A stretch of DNA of 50,332 nt from an uncultured Candidatus Poseidoniales archaeon (lineage in GTDB: Archaea > Thermoplasmatota > Poseidoniia > Poseidoniales > Poseidoniaceae): contig CAJJCM010000033.1 in assembly GCA_905182635.1 (NCBI GenBank), positions 1 to 50,332 on the forward strand, read 5' to 3'. The translations under genes and the position numbers were made by a program. The notes under the pieces are model-generated. The model saw only the letters and a program-made list of their open reading frames with translations, was not told the origin of the DNA and searched no databases. This document shows positions 44,261 through 50,332 of the stretch, piece by piece (the stretch's first letter is position 1; the number at the start of each line of letters is the position of its first letter).

Positions 44261-44977
44261 ATGCATCCCAGTGAAGTGGTTCATCTTGAACACGATGGGA
44301 AGGTCTTGCTGGTTGACCAAAGCGGTAATGGTCCACAATTGCCAATCCAAGGCCGGCAAGAGGAGTCTGCCAACTTACGACTTCCGACTTCAATTGAAAT
44401 TGAAAGAATGGGCGTTGAATGGGATGCCATTCGAGAAACTCGTATCGTTTTTGGCACACTTGTGTACCGGGTTGTCAAAGGATATCCCAACATTGATTGG
44501 CCGAAAAACTGGGCATGGAAGGATGAAATGATTGCCGATAATTCGGTACATCCTGTTGCACGTGAGGCTGTTTATCGCTCAATTCACAGACTGGTATCGA
44601 AAGTAATGATTTGTAATGATGAGGGTCAGGTCTTACTTGGAAAAGTTGAGCGCGGGCACTTTAGAGGATTCTGGACATTGCCTGGTGGCTATATGGATCA
44701 TGATGAACATCCAAGTATCGGATGTGTTCGAGAAACGCTTGAAGAAATAGGGCTAAGCATCATTTTGGATGAAAATGAACCATTGATTACTCAGAAAATA
44801 TTTACCGATGAAGGCATCTCCTTTGTCTCCTTCACCTACCGCTCAACTTGGAACGGCGACATTGAGGCTTTGATATTACAAACTGAAGAAATTTCAGATG
44901 TCAAATGGTTTACACCGGATGAAGCAAGAAATATTGCTGTATCTTACTTTGATAAAGAAGCGTTACGAACGCTCTGA
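44261..44977 (+). CDS. Nudix hydrolase with an N-terminal degenerate Nudix-like or unknown domain
   Basis: The Nudix box is GGYMDHDEHPSIGCVRETLEEIGL (Gx5Ex7REUxEExGU). The N-terminal ~120 aa (DGKVLLVDQSGNGPQLPIQGR...) lack the box. ATG 44261 was chosen over TTG 44216. Confidence 0.7.
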   Translation: MHPSEVVHLEHDGKVLLVDQSGNGPQLPIQGRQEESANLRLPTSIEIERMGVEWDAIRETRIVFGTLVYRVVKGYPNIDWPKNWAWKDEMIADNSVHPVAREAVYRSIHRLVSKVMICNDEGQVLLGKVERGHFRGFWTLPGGYMDHDEHPSIGCVRETLEEIGLSIILDENEPLITQKIFTDEGISFVSFTYRSTWNGDIEALILQTEEISDVKWFTPDEARNIAVSYFDKEALRTL

Positions 44978-44978
44978 A

Positions 44979-47837
44979 TCAAGCACCAACACTCTTGCGT
45001 GCTGCTTCGAGTGCATCGTCGAGACCATCAGGGTGAGAACCGCCGCCTTGAGCGAGGGTCGGTCGGCCACCACCGCCACCTTTGATGTGATGTGAGATTT
45101 CTCGGAGGAGAACCACAGCATCGTATCGTTCACTTGCAATGGTATTTTCAGTAACAGCAATCATCAATTTCCCACCACCTTCTTTTGAGCCAAGAACTGC
45201 AAGTGTCGGTTTAGAGTTATCAAGTGTGAGTTCTTTGAGCATTTTTGTCATTTTCTTAAGGTCGCCGGTGACTTCCATAATGGCGATACGAACACCGTCA
45301 ATTTCAGAAGAATCGGAGCCACCGCCAGCAGTTCGCAAACGAACAATTTCTGCTTCAAGTTGCTCAATTTTCTTTCTCTGGTCTTTCCATTCGGAATAGA
45401 ACCGTTCGGATGCTTTCGGCAATTCATGCGATGGGATCCCAAAGGTCTCACTCGCTTGCCTCAACAATGAATCTTGGTGTCGTGCATAATCAAGTGCAGC
45501 TTGTCCTGCCACGATATGAAGACGTTCAACACCATCTTGAACTGCAGCAGAACGAATGATACGAATCGAACCAATTTGTCCTGGCTCGTCATGGTGTGTT
45601 CCTCCACAGGCCTGAATATCATGGTCTGCAATACGAAGAATACGTATTGAATTACCTTTTGGCGCACCGCCTTGATACAAATCAAAACCGTATTTCTTAT
45701 CAGCGTCTTTTCGATTCAACTCGGTCTTTTCAGTTCGCTGAACTTGCCCTAAGACTTCATTTGCCAATGATTCAATAGCATCCAAGTCATCGCGATTTAA
45801 CCGATTGAAATGGGTGATATCAAGACGACCAGAATCTACCGATTTATTGGCTCCAGCCTGATAGATATGCGGTCCAAGGATTCGACGGGCAGCACCTCCA
45901 ACAATATGTACCGCAGTGTGATGGTCCATCAATTGCTTTCGGCGACTCCAATCAAGGCTTCCGTGAACTAAATCCCCAGTTTCAAAAGGTCCGTCGACCA
46001 AGTGCAGAACATGGGCGCCGACTTTGCGAGTATCGAGAACACGACGATGATTTGAATCGGTAAAGAGCAGACCATAATCCCCTTCTTGGCCCCCGCCTTC
46101 GGGGTAGAAACAAGTTTTGTCAAGTAGAATACCATGCGTTGCCTCTGCTGGAATCTCATCACCAATGAGTTTGAGACAAGCAAGAACACTGGCATCGAAC
46201 TCACGTTGTTGGACATCTTCGTAGTACAATGCAATGGTTGCTGGTAATTGCGGAATCTGTTCGACAAGTGGTTTCTCATCAACAGATTGAGCAGCCTGTT
46301 TGGCGATACGTGCGTGACGATCTGCCATTTCTGCAGCAAAGCCTGTACGGATTCGTATATTCTTCCAACCAGCATTTTTCGCTAAAGTGACAACCATATC
46401 AGGGGCTAAGCCATGAGAATCATTGAGTTGGAAGAGAATCTCATCAGGAATATATTCTGTATCTGTCGGGAGGTCTTTGAATTGAGTTACAATGACATTG
46501 CCGCCTTTTCGAATCATTTCCTCATAGCGTTGTTCTTCAAGTTTGAGTATTCCGAGTAATCCATCATGAGTTTGCTTCATCACTTGTCCACCAAGATTGA
46601 CTGTAATGTGATGTTCCGCAAGTTCTGAAAGCGAAAGAGTGAGTCCCAAATCATCCCGAAGACGCAAGGTTCGGCGGGCGAGCATTCGGGCAAGGTAACC
46701 CGCTTTTGTATTCGAAGGAACCAAACCGTCTCCGAGCATGTTGCACAAAGCATGGAGGTGGTCTGGGATGGCGTAAATTTTCGAAAGGGGTTCGGTCACG
46801 GCAGAGAATTGTTCAGGTGTCACGCTTATCCCACGTTCAGCCAACCGCCTCAAGAAAGTAGTTCGGAGTTCTTCAGCATCAACACCGGGTTCAATGTTCA
46901 TGATTCCATTGAGGCGGCTCATTTCACTGAGCAATGCATCCAAATCAAGTTCTGGCCATTGAGAAGTAATCGATGAAAACCCTACCATCTCCTTGAGCCA
47001 AGAAACGGTATCAGGGTAAATCGCCTCATAAATCGTAGGTGTTCCAGCAGCAGCCCAACAAAAGCGCTCTAAGCCATAACCGGTGTCAATAATTTGCATT
47101 TCCATTTCACGATAGGAATCTCCTTTGAGTTCGATCTGACCTTCCGAGTGTTCCTCAAGATTCATGAACACTAAGGTAGCCAATTCAAGTCCACCAACGA
47201 TGACTTCAACTGCAGCCCCCGCATTTCCTCCACCACACCATGGGTTTTCGACATAGGTTATTTCATGAGAAGGGATTTTGAAAGTCTTGGTCATTAAATC
47301 ATGACAATATTGAACGCACTCCTCCATCCAATAGTATGTTTTTCCTTCATTCGGTCGATTGAACACGTGATGTGCCATCATTTCAAAGGTGGTCAAATGA
47401 CGGCCTGAGCGCCCGACAGCGTCAACATCGGTCAACCGAATACAAGGTTGAGAAATCGTCAAAGGATTTGCCGGTGGCTCAACTTCTCCCGAAGTCACAT
47501 GAGGTTGGAAATCTGCAATCGAGGCGATGGTCAAATGAATATCGTCTCTCCATCTTGCCAAAACAGGGTAAGGTTCGACACGTGTATGCTCGACGTTCTC
47601 AAAGAATGAAAGAAACGCCTCACGCATTGCGTCTTTCAACGCTTTACCTCGCATGGGGTAACCTTCAATCAAGGGTGCACCGATGAATGTATACTCATCT
47701 TCAGTGGTGTCTCCGCATGTATCACGAGACGGGTCAGTGGTCCAAAACCAAAGGTCTGTAATTCGGCATTGGTTTCGAACAAAACCTTCGTTCTTGAACA
47801 CTGCTAAATCAATCGGTGGTAATCCCATATGACTCAT
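44979..47837 (-). CDS. alaS: Alanyl-tRNA synthetase (archaeal type)
   Basis: The archaeal N-terminus is FKNEGFVRNQC...FWT...CGD. The class II core carries HHVFNRP and CGGGNAGAAVE. The editing domain has HHTAVHIVGG...CGGTHH. The C-terminal DHHA1-like end is GGGGGRPTLAQGGG. Confidence 0.9.
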   Translation of the reverse strand: MSHMGLPPIDLAVFKNEGFVRNQCRITDLWFWTTDPSRDTCGDTTEDEYTFIGAPLIEGYPMRGKALKDAMREAFLSFFENVEHTRVEPYPVLARWRDDIHLTIASIADFQPHVTSGEVEPPANPLTISQPCIRLTDVDAVGRSGRHLTTFEMMAHHVFNRPNEGKTYYWMEECVQYCHDLMTKTFKIPSHEITYVENPWCGGGNAGAAVEVIVGGLELATLVFMNLEEHSEGQIELKGDSYREMEMQIIDTGYGLERFCWAAAGTPTIYEAIYPDTVSWLKEMVGFSSITSQWPELDLDALLSEMSRLNGIMNIEPGVDAEELRTTFLRRLAERGISVTPEQFSAVTEPLSKIYAIPDHLHALCNMLGDGLVPSNTKAGYLARMLARRTLRLRDDLGLTLSLSELAEHHITVNLGGQVMKQTHDGLLGILKLEEQRYEEMIRKGGNVIVTQFKDLPTDTEYIPDEILFQLNDSHGLAPDMVVTLAKNAGWKNIRIRTGFAAEMADRHARIAKQAAQSVDEKPLVEQIPQLPATIALYYEDVQQREFDASVLACLKLIGDEIPAEATHGILLDKTCFYPEGGGQEGDYGLLFTDSNHRRVLDTRKVGAHVLHLVDGPFETGDLVHGSLDWSRRKQLMDHHTAVHIVGGAARRILGPHIYQAGANKSVDSGRLDITHFNRLNRDDLDAIESLANEVLGQVQRTEKTELNRKDADKKYGFDLYQGGAPKGNSIRILRIADHDIQACGGTHHDEPGQIGSIRIIRSAAVQDGVERLHIVAGQAALDYARHQDSLLRQASETFGIPSHELPKASERFYSEWKDQRKKIEQLEAEIVRLRTAGGGSDSSEIDGVRIAIMEVTGDLKKMTKMLKELTLDNSKPTLAVLGSKEGGGKLMIAVTENTIASERYDAVVLLREISHHIKGGGGGRPTLAQGGGSHPDGLDDALEAARKSVGA

Positions 47838-47946
47838 CTCCCCAAGGGAACAAGTCGCCGACCGAGCGATACACCTTGAAACCTATGGGTATTTTATTGC
47901 GGAAACGAAGAACAATCCTCAAAGGTGAATCACTCGACCCGCTACT

Positions 47947-49422
47947 ATGGCCGATGATTGGCGCAGTTTTCTCTCCTCCGAAGGGGATGGCACGATGCGC
48001 ATCAAAGCCCATGGTCGAATGAAAGTCGACGCACGTTTGGTCACTGATGAGGCCCATCTCAAAAAACATGCAGATGACCGTGGTCCTGAACAACTCATCA
48101 ATGCTGCAAGTCTCCCTGGAATCGTTGGTGAAGCATGGGGAATGGCAGATTGGCATTTTGGCTATGGCCTCCCGATTGGTGGAGTTGTCGCCACAGATAC
48201 TGAATACGGAGATTTAGGTGGAGCCATCTCACCGGGAGGTGTTGGTTTTGACATCAATTGTGGCGTCCGAATGCTGGCACTTGATGCGACAGAAAAAGAT
48301 ATACCAAATATCAAAAAACTCGCAGGACGCTTAGCAGGACGGATTCCTGCGGGTGCATCTGGTAAAGGTGGTCTCGACATTACAATGAGTGACCTCGACA
48401 ACCTCATCCAAGGTGGAGCACCTGCAGCGGTTGAACTCGGCTATGGATTCGATGAAGATTTGAAGCATCTCGAGTCAGGTGGCCATTTGAATACCGAGAA
48501 TGCGGAAATTTCTCTGCGTGCCAAAGAACGTGGACTTCGTGCCCTTGGAACATTGGGAAGTGGAAACCATTTTTTGGAACTGCAGACGGTGGGGAAAACC
48601 GTCGATGTGGAAACCGCTGAAAAGTGGGGATTGTATGAAGGTCAGATCGTCGCGATGATTCATTCTGGTTCACGAGGACTTGGGCATCAAGTATGCAGCG
48701 ACCATGTGAGGAGTCTTGAACGACGATACAAGCAACAAGGGAACTTGTGGGTCGATGAAGAGTGGGGCTATGAACTAACCGACCGTCAATTAGCATCTGC
48801 TCCATTTCATTCACCTCAAGGTCAAGCCTATTTTGATGGGATGAATGCTGCTGCGAATTTTGCTTTTGCTAATCGTAGTGCTCTGGCGCACCGTCTGCGC
48901 GAAGTTCTCCGATTGGAAATGGGCACAGATGGTGAAGCTCGAACTCTGTATGACGTAGCCCATAACATTGCAAAAGTCGAAGTTCATCGCATCGATGGCA
49001 AGGAGTGTACATGTTGCGTCCACAGAAAGGGTGCTACACGGGCATTCAGTGGCGACAGTGCAGAGATGAAGAATTCGAATCACCTCTCAGGACAACCCGT
49101 ACTCATCCCAGGAGATATGGGGACAGGTTCATGGGTCATGGCTGGACCAAAAACGGGTCAAAACATTGCGTTTGGCTCTTCCTGCCATGGTGCTGGCAGA
49201 GCAATGTCGCGTAGTAAAGCAAAGCAAACTATCGATGGTAAAGCATTGAAAATTGAACTTGAAAACCGCGGAATCCGAGTGCATGCATCGACTCCAAATG
49301 TCTTGTCTGAAGAAGCACCGAATGCATACAAGGACGTTGATGACATTATCGATTTGACAGAGAAAGCAGGATTGGCTCGACCGATTGTCCGGTTGAGTCC
49401 GCTCGCAGTTATCAAAGGATAA
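47947..49422 (+). CDS. rtcB: RNA-splicing ligase RtcB (3'-phosphate/5'-hydroxy RNA ligase)
   Basis: NAASLPGIVGEAWGMADWHFGYGLPIGGV, GGVGFDINCGVR, GSGNHFLE, HSGSRGLGHQV and SSCHGAGR are present, so all metal and GMP-His motifs are there. The length indicates no intein. Confidence 0.9.
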   Translation: MADDWRSFLSSEGDGTMRIKAHGRMKVDARLVTDEAHLKKHADDRGPEQLINAASLPGIVGEAWGMADWHFGYGLPIGGVVATDTEYGDLGGAISPGGVGFDINCGVRMLALDATEKDIPNIKKLAGRLAGRIPAGASGKGGLDITMSDLDNLIQGGAPAAVELGYGFDEDLKHLESGGHLNTENAEISLRAKERGLRALGTLGSGNHFLELQTVGKTVDVETAEKWGLYEGQIVAMIHSGSRGLGHQVCSDHVRSLERRYKQQGNLWVDEEWGYELTDRQLASAPFHSPQGQAYFDGMNAAANFAFANRSALAHRLREVLRLEMGTDGEARTLYDVAHNIAKVEVHRIDGKECTCCVHRKGATRAFSGDSAEMKNSNHLSGQPVLIPGDMGTGSWVMAGPKTGQNIAFGSSCHGAGRAMSRSKAKQTIDGKALKIELENRGIRVHASTPNVLSEEAPNAYKDVDDIIDLTEKAGLARPIVRLSPLAVIKG

Positions 49423-49608
49423 TCACATGCAGTAATTATTTGCAGGTTGTCCCGGAATCGTCGGAGCAGCACCGCTGTGCACTCCATCCGGTTCCTCACA
49501 AATAACGCTTAACAGCGTATTTACAAGGTCTTTCAATTCATCTACTTGGCTCTGAAGATCACGGACTCGTTGCCGCATCTCTACTTTGTTTTCTTGCTCT
49601 CGCTCCAT
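49423..49608 (-). CDS. Possible small coiled-coil protein (61 aa), unverified
   Basis: The heptad-like N-terminus is MEREQENKVEMRQRVRDLQSQVDELKDLVNTLL. An AT-rich TATA-like element lies ~30-50 nt upstream on the same strand. There is no homology evidence. Confidence 0.3.
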   Translation of the reverse strand: MEREQENKVEMRQRVRDLQSQVDELKDLVNTLLSVICEEPDGVHSGAAPTIPGQPANNYCM

Positions 49609-49638
49609 ATTATCCCATCCAGAGAAGTTGCCTTCTCC

Positions 49639-49658
49639 AAAAAAATATTTATAAAAAT
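49639..49658. promoter_or_regulatory. Strong AT-rich BRE/TATA-like element (aaaaaaatatttataaaaat) in the spacer between the small ORF and tRNA-Thr
   Basis: This is the only long A/T-only run in the window's spacers. It sits ~30-50 nt upstream of the ATG at 49608 (minus) and ~105-125 nt upstream of tRNA-Thr (plus). Orientation is not determinable by eye. Confidence 0.35.
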
Positions 49659-49730
49659 CACCTTATAGCCTTTGAGGACATTCACGAACTTGAAAGGGTG
49701 TTTTATTCGATTCATGAGCCACGCGAAGCG

Positions 49731-49737
49731 GTTATAA
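49731..49737 (+). promoter_or_regulatory. TATA-box candidate for tRNA-Thr
   Basis: ttataat is centred ~30 nt upstream of the mature tRNA 5' end (49764), the usual archaeal TATA-to-start spacing. Confidence 0.4.
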
Positions 49738-49763
49738 TCCAAGTGTTAGTCGCCGTCTTTACT

Positions 49764-49838
49764 GCCACCGTGGCTTAGCGGTATAGCACCTCATTGGTAA
49801 TGAGGAGGTCGCGAGTTCAAATCTCGCCGGTGGCTCCA
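49764..49838 (+). tRNA. tRNA-Thr (anticodon GGU), genomically encoded CCA, no intron
   Basis: It folds by hand. The acceptor is GCCACCG/CGGTGGC and the D-arm GCT.AGCGGTAT.AGC. The anticodon stem CCTCA/TGAGG has loop TTGGTAA. The T-arm is GCGAG TTCAAAT CTCGC. The discriminator is T, followed by CCA and a T-run (tattttc). Confidence 0.9.
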
Positions 49839-49902
49839 CTTATTTTCGCTTAGAGAAACTCAATAATAGGATCGGTAAAGTTCGTTAAAACGACAACAGA
49901 AG

Positions 49903-49985
49903 CGCCGAGAGAGAGATTTGAACTCTCGTGCCACAAGGACACGCGATTTCCAGTCGCGCGCAATACCAGGCTATGCGATCTCGGC
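49903..49985 (-). tRNA. tRNA-Ser (anticodon GGA), long variable arm, no intron, no encoded CCA
   Basis: The minus strand reads GCCGAGATCGCATAGCCTGGTATTGCGCGCGACTGGAAATCGCGTGTCCTTGTGGCACGAGAGTTCAAATCTCTCTCTCGGCG. The acceptor is GCCGAGA/TCTCGGC. The anticodon stem CGCGA/TCGCG has loop CTGGAAA. There is a 14-nt variable region, and the T-arm is GAGAG TTCAAAT CTCTC. Confidence 0.9.
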
Positions 49986-50026
49986 TTCTATCCCGGCGAC
50001 TTACCTTCACCGTTTAACGCTCACCC

Positions 50027-50332
50027 ATGAAAAGTTATGCTCACTTCAATGGTTTTAATCCGAAACAATTCAAAGGTGAAGCGACTACGAAGGTTATGAG
50101 CGAAGAGGTCCCGGCTCAAGTTGAAAAAGCAATTGAAGCCGTCATATTGTCCGACTTCGACACTGATGACGACCATCGAGTCCTACCATTCCGTTTACGA
50201 GACATCAAACCATTCGTTTTACTTTCCGAGATTCACCCCATTGCCAAACCGTTGGATACGCTCCAAGTCGAATTACGGTTCCAATCTAAATTAGCAATAC
50301 GTGAATGGACCATAGAACATTGGATTACACTT
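50027..50332 (+). CDS. Hypothetical protein, N-terminal fragment (runs off the window)
   Basis: The frame is open from ATG 50027 to the window end (MKSYAHFNGFNPKQFKGEATTKVMSEEVPAQVEKAIEAV...). It is not in the ORF track because no stop is reached. No family was recognised. Confidence 0.4.
   Translation, partial: MKSYAHFNGFNPKQFKGEATTKVMSEEVPAQVEKAIEAVILSDFDTDDDHRVLPFRLRDIKPFVLLSEIHPIAKPLDTLQVELRFQSKLAIREWTIEHWITL

Noticed and set aside
47947-49422. Inteins in RtcB, the topoisomerase, AlaRS or ValRS, which are common intein hosts in archaea
   Set aside because: All four proteins have near-canonical lengths, and their conserved motifs are contiguous with no inserted Cys/Ser...HN blocks.
49764-50332. 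Integrated element or genomic island at the tRNA pair
   Set aside because: No integrase, no repeat of the tRNA 3' end and no compositional shift is visible within the remaining ~350 nt. This cannot be excluded beyond the window edge.

Overview
This is a gene-dense chromosomal segment that reads as a planktonic euryarchaeote, probably Marine Group II/III-like. That assignment is an inference. It rests on archaeal hallmarks (tRNA-splicing endonuclease EndA, archease, RtcB, archaeal-type AlaRS and ValRS, geranylgeranyl reductase, an SRP RNA with helix 6 and helix 8) seen together with a bacterial-type class-2 PyrD, Tat/lipobox signals and very large Asp-repeat surface proteins. GC looks mid-40s % by eye. 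I call about 38 protein genes (two cut by the window edges), one SRP (7S) RNA lying under spurious ORFs of the track (8292-8583, minus), and a convergent tRNA-Thr(GGU)/tRNA-Ser(GGA) pair at the right end. I found no rRNA, CRISPR array, transposase or integrase, restriction-modification module, toxin-antitoxin pair or other recognisable defence or mobile module. Content falls into two groups. (1) Housekeeping: tatC, endA, archease, rtcB, pyrD, type IA topoisomerase, geranylgeranyl reductase, a futalosine/CofH-type radical SAM enzyme, pepP, glyA, alanine aminotransferase, valS, alaS, a Y-family polymerase, a SerA-like dehydrogenase, and Nudix, MBL and EVE proteins. (2) A surface/secretome set: an M6-type metalloprotease, three proteins with thrombospondin-type-3 Ca-binding repeats, a PKD protein and an MMPL/RND transporter. 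No compact new multi-gene system is evident. The best leads are single-gene architectures: a Tat-lipoprotein fusing a TSP3 repeat array to a complete PNGase F-like amidase (15984-19028); a TatC with a ~200-aa soluble C-terminal extension (778-2094); an orphan CxxxY-type CcmE-like gene (8638-9033); a ~1050-aa polytopic membrane/TPR protein just upstream of glyA, which is followed 9 nt later by an uncharacterised gene (26494-32108); and a variant PfkB kinase in an apparent operon with archease. Several ORF-track starts are TTG codons at the far upstream end; where an in-frame ATG fits homologues better I used it and said so. All family assignments come from motif recognition by eye, not from searches.
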